Source of the DNA: an uncultured delta proteobacterium
GTDB taxonomy: Bacteria; Myxococcota_A; UBA9160; SZUA-336
DNA length: 64,000 nt
Direction of reading: 5' to 3'
Assembly: GCA_963704165.1 (NCBI GenBank)
Contig: CAVPHD010000002.1
Span: forward strand, 64,001 to 128,000
The translations under genes and the position numbers were made by a program. The number at the start of each line of letters is the position of its first letter. Position 1 is the first letter of the stretch. The notes under the pieces were generated by a model. That model had not been told where the DNA came from. It ran no database searches and saw only the letters and a list, made by a program, of their open reading frames with translations. This document shows, one piece after another, positions 29,425 through 41,536 of this stretch.

Positions 29425-30827
29425 TCCGCCCGCCCTTCGGACGGCTGCCCGACACCGAAACGCGTGACCTGCCGCCACCCGTGCCGTTCCGGCGGATGCT
29501 CGGGCCGGGCGTGATCCTGGCCGGGCTCTCGATCGGGAGCGGCGAGCTCGTGCTCTGGCCGCGACTCACCGCGGAGTACGGCTTCACGTTGTTCTGGGGC
29601 GCATGGATCGGCGTGACGCTCCAGTACTTCATGAACATGGAGATCGAACGCTACACGCTCGCGACGGGCGAGAGCGCGGTCACCGGCTTCGTCCGGCTGG
29701 CGCGCCCGCTCGGGCCGATCTTCCTGGTCTGCGGAACCGTGCCGTGGATCTGGCCTGGCTGGGCGACCGGCGCGGGGGAGCTTCTCGCGTGGCAGATCGG
29801 CGGCAGCCCGACGGTGTATGCGATCGCGGGCCTGGTCGGCTGCGGCCTGCTCCTGACGCTCGGGCCCGTGGTGTACCGAACGGTCGAGACCGTCCAGACC
29901 ACCCTCGTGCTGGTGATCTTCGCGCTCCTGCTCGTGCTCGGGGTGCTCCTGATCCGGCCCGGCGACGCGGTCGCGTTGCTCGACGGCGCCGTGCAGATCG
30001 GCCGGATCCCGGAGGGAATCGATCTGCCGCTCTTCCTCGGCGCGCTCGCGTTCGCGGGGGCCGGCGGTTCGGTGAATCTCGCGCAGTCGAACTACATCCG
30101 GGACAAGGGCTACGGAATGGGCGCCTACCTGGGCCGGATCACGAGCCCGTTCTCGGGCCGGCCCGAGGTGCAGAACGAGATCGGCCTGCGCTTCGACGAC
30201 AGCGACGAGAACCTCGCGCGTTGGCGGGTCTGGTGGCGCCGAGCGAATCTCGAGCACCTCGTCACGTTCCAGCTGCTCTGCGTCGGCTCGCTCGCGCTGT
30301 TCTGCCTGCTGACGCACGCGCTGCTCGAGCCGGGGCAGCCGCTCTCGCCGGATTTCGGCTTTCTTCGCGATCAGGGCGACGCACTGCAACTGCGCTTCGG
30401 GTCCGCCGCTCGACTCGCATTTCTCTGGGCCTCGATCTTCGTGTTGCTCTCGACCGAGTTCGCGTTGCTCGACGCCGTCTCGCGCGTGGTGGCCGATCTG
30501 ACGCGCGTGTCGTTCCTGCGCGAAAGCGCACGCTTCACGATCGGCCGGCTCTATTTCCTCTTCCTCTGGGCCTTCATCACCTTCGGCATCGGCGTGCTGG
30601 CGCTCGGCCTCTCGAGTCCGCTCACGCTGCTGGTGATTTCGGCCTCACTCAACGCCGGCGTGATGTTCCTGTACTCCGGCCTCTTGATCTGGTTGAACCT
30701 GCGCACCTTCCGCGGACCCTTGCGCCCGTCGCTGGCGCGAATCGCCATGCTGGCCGCCGCATTCGTCTTCTACGGCTATTTCAGCGCGCTGACGATCTCG
30801 GCGCAGCTCTCGCGGCTCTTCAGCTGA
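29415..30827 (+). CDS. Nramp-like divalent metal transporter
   Basis: LGPGVILAGLSIGSGE, RYTLATGES, multiple TMs. Confidence 0.85.
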   Translation: MEVVRPPFGRLPDTETRDLPPPVPFRRMLGPGVILAGLSIGSGELVLWPRLTAEYGFTLFWGAWIGVTLQYFMNMEIERYTLATGESAVTGFVRLARPLGPIFLVCGTVPWIWPGWATGAGELLAWQIGGSPTVYAIAGLVGCGLLLTLGPVVYRTVETVQTTLVLVIFALLLVLGVLLIRPGDAVALLDGAVQIGRIPEGIDLPLFLGALAFAGAGGSVNLAQSNYIRDKGYGMGAYLGRITSPFSGRPEVQNEIGLRFDDSDENLARWRVWWRRANLEHLVTFQLLCVGSLALFCLLTHALLEPGQPLSPDFGFLRDQGDALQLRFGSAARLAFLWASIFVLLSTEFALLDAVSRVVADLTRVSFLRESARFTIGRLYFLFLWAFITFGIGVLALGLSSPLTLLVISASLNAGVMFLYSGLLIWLNLRTFRGPLRPSLARIAMLAAAFVFYGYFSALTISAQLSRLFS

Positions 30828-30904
30828 CACCGCTCCTTCGTCGGAACCCCAGCGTAAAGCGAGCTCGCAACCAAGCCGATATCGAGATCAGGAGCGACGA
30901 CCCC

Positions 30905-31243
30905 ATGGCGACCCCGTCCGGCATCGAGCGACGCCGCCTCCGGCGCGTCATGAAGCGAATCCCCGCCGCCTTCGAAGCGGGCAAGCTGCGGGGCAAGGGG
31001 CACATCAAGAACATCTCGAAGGAAGGGCTGTTCGTGCGCACGAGCGTGCTGCCCAGCGCGGGCACCCCCGTGCGAATCGTCTTCCACGACCGCCACGGCA
31101 GCAAGGTCGAAGTCCACGGCACCGTCCGTTGGAGCACCGCGCAGCTTCCCCCCGCGGAGAAGGCCAAGCCGGGCTTCGGCGTCTACATCGAGCCGGGCAA
31201 CGAAGAGTTCAGCGAGTTCTTCGAGCACATCCTGACCGGCTGA
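30905..31243 (+). CDS. PilZ domain protein
   Basis: ERRRLRR (RxxxR) and NISKEG. Confidence 0.85.
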   Translation: MATPSGIERRRLRRVMKRIPAAFEAGKLRGKGHIKNISKEGLFVRTSVLPSAGTPVRIVFHDRHGSKVEVHGTVRWSTAQLPPAEKAKPGFGVYIEPGNEEFSEFFEHILTG

Positions 31244-31311
31244 GCCGCCGTTCGCCGCCGATCGGCACGACCACGGACCGCGCACGGGACCGCGTCTCGG
31301 CTCGCCTCCGC

Positions 31312-31358
31312 GTCCCTCTACCTCGGGTGGATGGAGCGGCTGCGTTCTGGTCCGTCGG
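31312..31358 (+). repeat. Decayed 5' half of tRNA-Arg plus element end (putative outer att junction)
   Basis: 37/47 ungapped identity to 41124-41170; coincides with switch from core to accessory genes. Confidence 0.75.
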
Positions 31359-31511
31359 ATCCGTTTCGCTCCAGATCTCTGGCGCTTCGCCCGCGCGTCG
31401 CTGGGCCAGAAGTCGCCGAACGACTTCGAAAGCAGCGGTACGGAGCGGACAGTTCCCGCTAGCGCGGAAGTGTCCACGTAGGCGCGGCCACTGCAGACGA
31501 TCTCTGCGCGA

Positions 31512-32465
31512 TCAGGACTGCAGTCGAGACGCGAAGCGATGGAGCGCGCGAGCGAGTGTCGACCTGAGCCCCTTCCGGATTCGTTGGCGCGTGGGTGAAG
31601 TGACCTCGCTGACGGGCCAACCGTGACTGGGATCGCCAATGGGTAGCATTCCAGGCGTGGCGAGTTCACGCATGAACGAATCGTGGCGCGCCTGTAGTTC
31701 CGCCAGGAAGAAGGCGCGCTTGGCCACATTCACGTGGAGACGATAGCTGTCGCGCATCGCGCTGCCGTTCCTCGAGAATTCCGCGCGGTCCGTGACGAAG
31801 TGCGGAGTGCGTGAGCCTGCCCCCAGATGAAAGACCAAGTCAGCGTAGATGCCGCACATGACCGGGTGCGGGTCCCATGTGTTCGTGCGATACAGCGGTG
31901 CAAAGCTTCGCCCTTCTTGCCGAAGCTGCGCCTGAATGCCACTTCCCGTTTCCTGCGGGCGATTGACATCCCCGCTGTGTTCGTCCGCGAAGCGGGCACG
32001 TTGCGTGACGCTGAAGGAGCTCTCACCTGCCTTCCAGAATTCACGTGTCAGAAAAGTGAGCGCTGGGAAGGGGAAGTTGTCGCCGATTTCGGCGCGCACC
32101 ACCGATGCCACGGGCACCTGCTCACTCACGAGTCCTTCGCACACGGTGTTCCAGTCATCGCGAATGGGCCATGAATCCATGTCGAAGGTGGCCACATGGC
32201 TGCAGCCCTCAGCGAACGCGTGATCAACCAGTCGATCCAGATAGTGAGCGTGCTCAGCTCTCCCCGTCTTGGGGGACGGGGCGATCTCCGGTAGTTCGAC
32301 GCCTTCTCTGTGAAGATGTGCGATCTGGTCGTCACTGAGGCGAAGTGCGCAGCCATAGACGCGGTATTCACCTCGAGTACGAAGCTTGATCTGGCGGATG
32401 GACAGCGGGAGCAGGCACGCACTCTCGGCGTCCTGCACCAAGTAGATCACGCAGATTCCGAGCAC
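31512..32465 (-). CDS. Hypothetical protein, possible GT-A glycosyltransferase
   Basis: VATFDMDSWP DxD-like motif; downstream of NDP-sugar enzyme; start uncertain. Confidence 0.5.
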   Translation of the reverse strand: MLGICVIYLVQDAESACLLPLSIRQIKLRTRGEYRVYGCALRLSDDQIAHLHREGVELPEIAPSPKTGRAEHAHYLDRLVDHAFAEGCSHVATFDMDSWPIRDDWNTVCEGLVSEQVPVASVVRAEIGDNFPFPALTFLTREFWKAGESSFSVTQRARFADEHSGDVNRPQETGSGIQAQLRQEGRSFAPLYRTNTWDPHPVMCGIYADLVFHLGAGSRTPHFVTDRAEFSRNGSAMRDSYRLHVNVAKRAFFLAELQARHDSFMRELATPGMLPIGDPSHGWPVSEVTSPTRQRIRKGLRSTLARALHRFASRLQS

Positions 32466-33727
32466 TCGAAGTTTCCCAACAGCAGCGAGGTGAGACCGCG
32501 CAGCTGGATCGCGATGAGGTTCGAGTTCGCAAGCAGCCATTTGAGCTCGGAAACGCGCAGCCACACGCCCGGTGCCTCGTCGGTCGGCGAGGTCATGACG
32601 AGTTCGTAGCGGCTGACATCGCAGAAGAAGCGTCCGCCCTCATCTGACGCGGCGGTCCGCAGAAGCACTTGCCCGCTCGGCGCCTGCTCTGTCGAGAGGG
32701 TGCCCGGGTAGCGCAGATAGCTGGGTAGCAGCGCCTTGCCGGTCTGCAGGCCCGACTCCGCGCCGATACGCACACGCACTTCAAGAGCGTCCTCCTGCAT
32801 GCGGCAAGCCAGGACGGCCTGACCATCGAAGCGACTGTTGACCAAAGGCTGATACCAGGAGCCGACTTCACGTCCACGTGCGGCTACGAAGAAATAGCCG
32901 AGATCGAATCCCTGTCGGCGTTCCCGTTCGTGGATGCCATTCGGAGAGATCTCCCAGTTGTCCAGCCGACCGATGTCCCTGAATCGGTAGCGGGCGATCG
33001 GCCCTTGGAGTTCCGTCAGCACCGCGCCCAGGCGTTCCGCTCTCACGGGAAGCTGCAGGCTGGCCTGGACCGCCGGTTCAACGGGCCGCAGTTGGCCCTC
33101 TCCAGGTTCGTCCCAGGCGCACACCGCCAGCAGTGAGCACAGGTCGATGTTGAAAAAGGTCGGCTGGCGGATGGCCTGGCTGATGACACGGGCCGCAACC
33201 CAGACGAAGCCCTCTTCCTGCGCAATGTCATGGGCACATTCCGCGACGATCAGGCGCTTGCTCTTGAGCAGGTAGCGCTCTCCGAGGTCAAGCTGCATGG
33301 AGTCATGCAGAATCCTCACGCTCGGTGTGCAGGTCGTAAACCGGTCGACATAGGCGGTGGCCTTGCCGCCGTGGGCTCGAAGATAGTTGGCCGGCGTGCT
33401 CTGAAGGGTCGGCCCGTATTGAGCCTGACCGGGCGTGCCGGGTTCGACTCGAGCTTGCAAGAGAAAGTGGCGTTCACCGTCCATCACGGTGGTCAGCAGC
33501 CCAGTGATCGCCGATTGTGGCTGAAAGAGGAGGATCGCCTGCTTGCTCTTCAGGTCGGGGAATTCGACGCCCGCCACACTGAAGAAACCGCCCGAGCGAT
33601 GCGAAAGCGCACCCTCGTGGAAATGCCAACCCTGCATGTCGGCCCACGTGACGGCTTCGACCGAAAAGCCACGTTTGCTCTGATCGAGCCACGCCTGAAG
33701 TCGGGGGAGAGAGGTCACGACCTGCAT
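32447..33727 (-). CDS. NDP-hexose 2,3-dehydratase family protein
   Basis: HRSGGFFSV.G, LLQARVEPG, PTLQST.ANY, SDEGGRF; two-repeat architecture. Confidence 0.85.
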   Translation of the reverse strand: MQVVTSLPRLQAWLDQSKRGFSVEAVTWADMQGWHFHEGALSHRSGGFFSVAGVEFPDLKSKQAILLFQPQSAITGLLTTVMDGERHFLLQARVEPGTPGQAQYGPTLQSTPANYLRAHGGKATAYVDRFTTCTPSVRILHDSMQLDLGERYLLKSKRLIVAECAHDIAQEEGFVWVAARVISQAIRQPTFFNIDLCSLLAVCAWDEPGEGQLRPVEPAVQASLQLPVRAERLGAVLTELQGPIARYRFRDIGRLDNWEISPNGIHERERRQGFDLGYFFVAARGREVGSWYQPLVNSRFDGQAVLACRMQEDALEVRVRIGAESGLQTGKALLPSYLRYPGTLSTEQAPSGQVLLRTAASDEGGRFFCDVSRYELVMTSPTDEAPGVWLRVSELKWLLANSNLIAIQLRGLTSLLLGNFECSESA

Positions 33728-33864
33728 GGGTTGCTGCGCACCGTGTCGCACCGCCTCGCCGCTTCCCACCGCGTCACCGGTGACACAATCTGAAAGAACC
33801 GACCCTCCGCGAGCCTTCTCTCGCGCAGGCGTATCCCGCCTTCAGACTCCAAGGCCACGCAGGG

Positions 33865-34024
33865 TGCACGAACGGCGAGATCGATACAAGGTCGTCGTCG
33901 GTCGGTGTGCGCACGCGAGCCTGAGCAACCTGACGTCGACGGAGTTCGCGAAGAGAACGTAAACAAGGAGCGCGGAGCGAGCCGTTTTCTGGGAATCCTT
34001 GGTTCGATGAACCCAAGCAGGTCA
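33865..34024 (+). mobile_element. Old IS3 (IS407-group) right-end remnant
   Basis: AHASLSNLTSTEFA resembles RPHSSLGNRTPEEFA; ends GGTTCGATGAACCCAAGCAGGTCA like the IRR of the IS at 46962. Confidence 0.6.
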
Positions 34025-34073
34025 CGTCGCCGATGCGCCTCGAAAATCTGCCCACTCCCGCAAGCGCCTGTGA

Positions 34074-35081
<1,008 letters not shown>

Positions 35082-36107
35082 ACGCGGTGCGCGCGCGCGT
35101 ACGCTTGCTGATGGGTGCCGCTGGTGTCCTCACAGGCGGTATGGCGATCTGGCTTGCGGCGCGCGCGCCGGACGAGACGCGCGCTGGGCCCGCGCGGGAT
35201 CACGCTCCCGCGCGGGCCGCAGCGCCGTCCGTACTGCGCGACGCGCCAGCGATCTCCGAACTTCCTCCCCTGCCCGCGTCGCTCGCCGGGACCCGCCCGG
35301 ACGGCGTGCTCGTGCGCGACACCAACGGGCGCTTCGTGCCCACGCGCGACGCGCTCGATCTCTTCGACTACTTCTTCTCTGCGAGCGGCGAGGAGCCCGA
35401 TGCGCAGATCCGCGCGCGCATCGAAACCGTCATCGCCGAGCAGCTCGATGACCCCGCCCCGGCGCTCGATCTGCTGGATCACTACCTCGGCTACCGCGCG
35501 GAGGCGCGCTCTCTCTTCACGGATGAGAACACCGCGGCACTCCCGCTCGAGCGCCGGCTCCAGCGCATCCGCGAACTCCGCCGCGCGCATTTCGGAGATC
35601 TCGCGGAGGCCCTGTTCGCAGAAGAGGAAGAACGCTGGCGCGCGGACATCGAGCGCCTGCACGTGCTGCACGAACCCGCGCTCTCCGACGAGGAGCGCGC
35701 CGCGCGGCTCGCGGCGCTGGACGCGGAGCTGCCGGAGTCGGTGCGCGAAGCACGCGACGCCGCCACGGCCGCGTCGAGCCTGCGCCACGACGAGGAGCGG
35801 CTGCGCGCCGAGGGTGCTTCCGATGCGGAGATCGACGCGCTGCGCGAGGCGCGCTTCGGTCGCGAGGCTGCCGAACGCCTGGCCGCACTCGATCAGGCGC
35901 GCGCCGCGTGGCACGCGCGTGTGTCGGCGTACCGGGCAGAGCGCGAGCGCGTGTCCGCCCTCGAGCCGGACGACACGGTGGCCCGAGCCGCCGCCATCGC
36001 CGTGCTCCGTGAGGCGCACTTCCACGGCGCGGAGCGCTTGCGTATCGAGGCGCTCGAACGACTGGAGGCGCAAGCGGCAGCGTCTGCGAACGCCAGCGCG
36101 GCGAATC

Positions 36108-36974
<867 letters not shown>

Positions 36975-37002
36975 ATCGCCATCGGCGAGATCGTGCGAGA
37001 AA

Positions 37003-38019
37003 TCAGCGCTTGCGCCCACTGACTCGGACGAGGATGCCCGGGATGAACTCGTGGGCCTCCACCTCGTCAAAGCCAGCCTCGACGAAATAGCCGATACAGT
37101 CGCTGCGCGTGTGGGTGGTTCCCGTGCTGTTGGACAGCGCTTCGAACAGCCCCCAGAGTGCGGCGTCGGCAGGACCCGCGCGATCGTCGTCCAGCATCTC
37201 GCCGATCAGGTGCATCTCACCATGCGGTCGTAGCGCGTCGTGGGTTCGCGAGACGACACGTTGGATGACGTCGCGACCGTACTGAGGCAGATTGCTCGCC
37301 ATCACGGCCACGTCACAATCCTCGGGCAGCGGGTCCCGGGTGAAGTCGCCGGCCTGCGCGCTCACCCTGTCCGCGACACCATGCTTCTCGATGTACTCGC
37401 GACACACGACCGCGACCGGCGGCAGATCGAACACGACCGCGGAGAGCCCCGCAAACTTCTGGACGGCCACGATCGAGTAGGCCCCCGAGCCGCCACCCAG
37501 ATCCATCATTCTCTTCCGGCCGGCAAGGTCGACTTCGCGCGCGAAGCGACGCCCGGCGCCGAAGCCGATGCTGCTCGTGGCTTCGTGGTATCGGCGGGCC
37601 TGCTCGACGGTCATGCCTTCGTAGTCGCCGAGGGGCCGCGCGGGCGAGTCGTTCCTCAAATGACGTGCGAGCTCTCCCCAGCGGTTCCAGTCCCGGCTCG
37701 TGAAACCCAGCCAAGCGGCGGAGTAGCGGGGCTCTCCTTTCACGAGGAATCGGCTCACGTCGTCGGCGTTCCGATAGCGCCCGCGATGCCAGGTCAGCAG
37801 CCCGGTGGCGCTGCACATCGTCATCAGCCGGTCGGCATTCAGCTCGCTGATCCCCGCATGGCGAGCGAAGGCCGCTGGCGTGTCGTGTCCGGCCGCGACA
37901 GCGGTGAAGAGATCCAGCTCGATCGCGGCCTTCAGGGCGGCACTCTCGATGAACGCTCGGGCGATCTTCTGGAGACGGACCGTCGTCGGGCGACCCTCTG
38001 TCGAATTGGCGTCTCCCAT
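37003..38019 (-). CDS. SAM-dependent O-methyltransferase with dimerisation domain
   Basis: AAIELDLF, DLGGGSG, FDLP, AGDF. Confidence 0.9.
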   Translation of the reverse strand: MGDANSTEGRPTTVRLQKIARAFIESAALKAAIELDLFTAVAAGHDTPAAFARHAGISELNADRLMTMCSATGLLTWHRGRYRNADDVSRFLVKGEPRYSAAWLGFTSRDWNRWGELARHLRNDSPARPLGDYEGMTVEQARRYHEATSSIGFGAGRRFAREVDLAGRKRMMDLGGGSGAYSIVAVQKFAGLSAVVFDLPPVAVVCREYIEKHGVADRVSAQAGDFTRDPLPEDCDVAVMASNLPQYGRDVIQRVVSRTHDALRPHGEMHLIGEMLDDDRAGPADAALWGLFEALSNSTGTTHTRSDCIGYFVEAGFDEVEAHEFIPGILVRVSGRKR

Positions 38020-38912
38020 CAATCGGTCCCCTCTCCCGCCGACTCGCTCAAGAGGCGGGCGCGCTCGCTGCGGTGGAAGGCATTCCACGAGCTCTCGTTC
38101 TTCGCCGCGGGTGCATCGAACAGAAAGGAACTCGAGCCGTTGCCGACGCCACCATCGACGAAGAGCTCTGTGCCCGTGATGTAGGCTGCCATGTCGCTCA
38201 GCAGGAAGACGACCGCAGCGGAAACCTCCGCGGCGGTTCCGTGGCGCTTCAGCGGGATTCTGCTGGAGATTCTTCGCAGGCTCTCCCAGGCGGCCTCGGG
38301 ATAACGATCGAGGCCGGTGGTATCGATGAAGCCCGGGATGACAGAGTTGACCCTCACGCCCGCGTGAGCCCACTCGCTGGCAGACGTCATGGTGAGGTTG
38401 GCAAGACCAGCGCGGGCCGCGCCGTTGTGCCCCATTCCCGGCATGCCGCGCCTGTAGTCCGCGCCGATGTGAACCATGGCGCCGCCATGCTCAGCCATGC
38501 TCTGTCGATAGACTTCCCGAGACAAGAGGAAGTAGCTCGTCATGTTGTTCTGAATGACGGCATTCCAGCCATTGAGGCTGAGGTCCTCCAGGCGCTTGGG
38601 GAACTGTCCGCCGGCAGCGCTCACCAATCCGTTCAACGGACCACCGGACAGGGTCGCGCTGGCCACCAGGTCGACTACGGATTGCTCGTCGCGAAGCTCC
38701 GCAGCCAGACAGCTGACGACCTGTCCCCCATCCTCGGCAATCTCGTCGCGCGTGCGCTCGAGCTTGTCGAGCGAGCGACCGGCAAGGACGAGTCTTGCTC
38801 CGAGCGATGCGAGCTCGTGGGCGATACAGCGGCCGAGCCCGCCGCCTCCGCCTGCAACCAGAACGACCCGGTCAGCAAAGAGTCCGGGACGAAATCCCGA
38901 CGCGTACGGCAA
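38019..38912 (-). CDS. SDR oxidoreductase (AtuB/trans-2-enoyl-CoA reductase-like)
   Basis: GGGGGLG, AGGQF, H.GAARAG, GVRVN; TTG start after GGAGG. Confidence 0.88.
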   Translation of the reverse strand: MPYASGFRPGLFADRVVLVAGGGGGLGRCIAHELASLGARLVLAGRSLDKLERTRDEIAEDGGQVVSCLAAELRDEQSVVDLVASATLSGGPLNGLVSAAGGQFPKRLEDLSLNGWNAVIQNNMTSYFLLSREVYRQSMAEHGGAMVHIGADYRRGMPGMGHNGAARAGLANLTMTSASEWAHAGVRVNSVIPGFIDTTGLDRYPEAAWESLRRISSRIPLKRHGTAAEVSAAVVFLLSDMAAYITGTELFVDGGVGNGSSSFLFDAPAAKNESSWNAFHRSERARLLSESAGEGTD

Positions 38913-38959
38913 TGTCTTCCCTCCAGGCGCCGCCCGTCGCCCCGTTCGGCGGCTCCGAC

Positions 38960-39190
38960 AAGCGATCCGCGACCCGCACAGATCACAGGCTCGATGTTCG
39001 AATAGCGCATTTCTGCCAACGTCTTTGCGGCGAGGACGGCACTGCCTCCACTCTAGCCGTGGATCACGACGGGATGATCCGAAGCCGAGCAGACCTCGGC
39101 AATCCTGAACTCCAGACGCCCCGTGGAATGTTGGCGGTGGACGGAACCGATGCGCCCTGGAAGCTCTCGCTGAATGGAGTGCGGCGTCCA
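38960..39190 (-). pseudogene. Rhodanese-domain pseudogene
   Basis: NIPRGV/LEFRIAEVC..DHPVVIHG*SGGSAVLAAKTLAEMRYSNI with frameshift and stop in the active-site loop. Confidence 0.65.
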
Positions 39191-39282
39191 TTCGATATTA
39201 GTTGGTCCCGTCGGTCCGTTCCCGATCTGGAGCTTGCCACCGCCTCGCGGTCCGCTCGGCCCCAGCCGTTCTGCAGCCGCCG

Positions 39283-39317
39283 CTCCGGGGTGGAACCGCG
39301 CTTATTTCTCCTATTCT
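39283..39317 (+). repeat. IS91/ISCR oriIS-like end, copy 1
   Basis: 31/35 identical to 44991-45025; CGCGCTTATTTCTCCTAT. Confidence 0.55.
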
Positions 39318-39520
39318 TGAGTCGACGAGCGCCGACGCCTTCTTCTCGCGCCTGGGTCGGCAGGACGACCGCGTCTCGGTCGCGCCTCGCAGGCCTCTGC
39401 ACGAGCCGTCCCCGCAAAAAACTCTGTACAGCGCGGAGTTGGTGTGGTCTTCTACACCCTGGTCATGGTGCTGCCGCGCGTCCGAGCTGGCCCTGTGGCG
39501 GGACTGGAGGGGATTCTCGA

Positions 39521-40273
39521 ATGCTTTCGAAGGCTTGCATGCGAATCGGCCTGGTTGTTCTAGTCGGCTTCCTCGGCCTCGGGATCTCGTCTCGCGCGAC
39601 CGCGGGCTCGATTCTCGACTGTGGTCCGGGCGGCGCCAACTGCTGGATCGAGCTTGCGATCGAAGGAGTCCAGGTCGGGCAGGGAACCTTCGACATCAAC
39701 TCGACCACGGGAGACATCTCGCTTTCGGCGCCGATCACCGGGGAGCTGGGTGGGTCGAGCGTCGCCCTGAACTCCCTGAACGGCAATGCCGACCCGATCC
39801 TCGGCTTCGGAATCGGCGCGTCCACGGGCGCACTCGGGAACGCCTTCTCGATCACCATGACGCTGCCGATCGCGATCACCGGACAGATCATCGCCAACTC
39901 CTCGATCGGCTACAGCCTGACCGCTCTGTCTGGCGCGGGCGCGCAGATCAGCCCGCTCTTCGGAAACGTGCTGCTCGCGCGAGAGGTCGACACCAGCATC
40001 GGCGGGCTCTCGCCCCTGGACAAAGGCGTCGATACCGGCAGCACGTTCTTCTTTCTGGGCGGCCCCGCGACCAACTTGTCGCCGGTCTACACCGCGTCGA
40101 ACACGTTCACGGGCGATCTGCAGTACGACCTGATGAGCGTGACCGTGGCGTTCAGCCTGAGCGCGAACAGCTCGGTGGGCCTGTCGGGCTTCGTCCAGCA
40201 GGTGCCGGAGCCCTCGGCCGTCCTTCTGCTTGCGCTGGGGTTCGGAGCTCTCGTCTTTCGACGGCTGGCCTGA
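39521..40273 (+). CDS. PEP-CTERM sorting domain protein
   Basis: Signal peptide; C-terminal VPEPSAVLLLALGFGALVFRR. Confidence 0.9.
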   Translation: MLSKACMRIGLVVLVGFLGLGISSRATAGSILDCGPGGANCWIELAIEGVQVGQGTFDINSTTGDISLSAPITGELGGSSVALNSLNGNADPILGFGIGASTGALGNAFSITMTLPIAITGQIIANSSIGYSLTALSGAGAQISPLFGNVLLAREVDTSIGGLSPLDKGVDTGSTFFFLGGPATNLSPVYTASNTFTGDLQYDLMSVTVAFSLSANSSVGLSGFVQQVPEPSAVLLLALGFGALVFRRLA

Positions 40274-40339
40274 GGTCCTGCGCTCTCTGACCTGACGCGC
40301 CCGCCGCGCCGCTGATCGTCGAGCTGTGCCGTCGGCAAC

Positions 40340-41133
40340 CCGCGCTCTCCCCCGAAGAAGCTGGTTGCTGAGAACCAGATGGTGACGATCGACCGGCCCG
40401 CGCGCGGCAAGGTGCGCGAGCCGCACATCATGAAGACGGCAGAGGAGGCCCGGCGCTTCCTGGCGGCCGCGCGCGAGAATCGTCACGGAATCGTGTTCGT
40501 GTTCGCGCTCGAGACGGGAATGCGGCCCTCCGAGTGCTGCGGCCTCATGTGGGACGATCTCGACTTCGAGGCGGGCGTCGTTCATGTGCGCCGGTCGCTC
40601 GTACGTTTGCGGGGCGGCGGCTTCGAGCTCGGCGCCTGCAAGACCGAGAAGCCGAAGCGGACGCTGGCCCTCTCCACCCCTCTGCGCGACGAGCTCCGCA
40701 GACACCGCGCAAGGCAAGCCGCGCATCGCCTGCAGCTCGGCCCCGCCTACAGCAGCAAGCTCGACCTGATCTTCGCCGACGAACTCGGGAACCCTCTGCA
40801 CGACCGGGGAACCTGATCCAGCGCGCATTCAAGCCGATCCTGAAGCGCGCAGGACTTCCCTCGAGCATGACGCTCTACGGTCTGCGCCACGCGCCGACTC
40901 TGATGATCCACGCCGGCGAGAGCGTGAAGACGGTCCAGGCGCAGCTCGGCCACTCGGACTCGGGGATTACTCTGCGGGTCTACGCTCAGGCCGTGGCGAA
41001 GTCCCAGGCGGCTGCGCGGCGCGCCTTGGAAACCTTCTGCGCCCTCCCCCCCGATGAGGGTTCTCCGCACGGCGAATCCGCCGCAGTACCCATGCTCCAC
41101 CAAGTTTGCGATTCTGCGCTCGAGTCCCCGTAG
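40340..41133 (+). pseudogene. Tyrosine integrase, N-terminally truncated and frameshifted (~40810)
   Basis: TGMRPSE, KT..R, YGLRH, LGHS..ITLRVY catalytic motifs. Confidence 0.9.
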
Positions 41134-41161
41134 CTCAGATGGATAGAGCGGCTGCCTCCTA
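41059..41161 (+). repeat. 103-bp direct repeat: 65 bp upstream flank plus tRNA-Arg 5' half
   Basis: Identical to 45050-45152; ends in the anticodon loop. Confidence 0.95.
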
Positions 41162-41230
41162 GTCCGGCGGCGCAGTTTCAGTGCGTGACTTCGAGGTTGG
41201 GCACCGTGCAGAATCGACGGCTTGTGAGCG

Positions 41231-41478
41231 TGGCAGGACGGCGCGAACGAATCGTTCAACGGGAAGTTCCGAGACGAGTGTCTCGGCGTGCAGTGGTTCA
41301 AGAATCGGATCGACGCAAAGATCCTGATCGAGGACTGGCGACAGGGGTTCAACAGCGAGAGACCGCACTCGGGCCTCGGCAACCGGACGCCCGAGGAGTT
41401 CGCGAGATCGGTTTCGATCCAACGCCTTGAGAAGGCTGCTTCTTAGGATCGGATGGTCCGACGAAACGCAGCAGGTCA
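41231..41478 (+). mobile_element. Partial copy (3' orfB plus IRR) of the IS3 at 46962-48168
   Basis: Close sequence match to reverse complement of ~46962-47209. Confidence 0.9.
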
Positions 41479-41536
41479 GCTGCGCTTGCTGCCGCTTCTC
41501 GTCGGTATCGCGGCTGCGCTCCGGCGTGCCTGCCGG

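Noticed and set aside
27885..30827. 980-aa ORF and other long ORFs such as 17553-20318, 15664-17985, 9600-11666, 46994-48937
   Set aside because: GC-rich N-terminal extensions or frameshift read-throughs over genuine genes, not real fusions
39367..39400. Similarity to 31288-31321 (GACCGCGTCTCGG) as a fourth att copy
   Set aside because: 13-bp exact match plus weak extension in GC-rich DNA; no recognisable tRNA D-arm follows
41124..41161. Possible second tRNA-Arg or split/intron-containing tRNA
   Set aside because: Only a 5' half; no intron structure; explained as att junction
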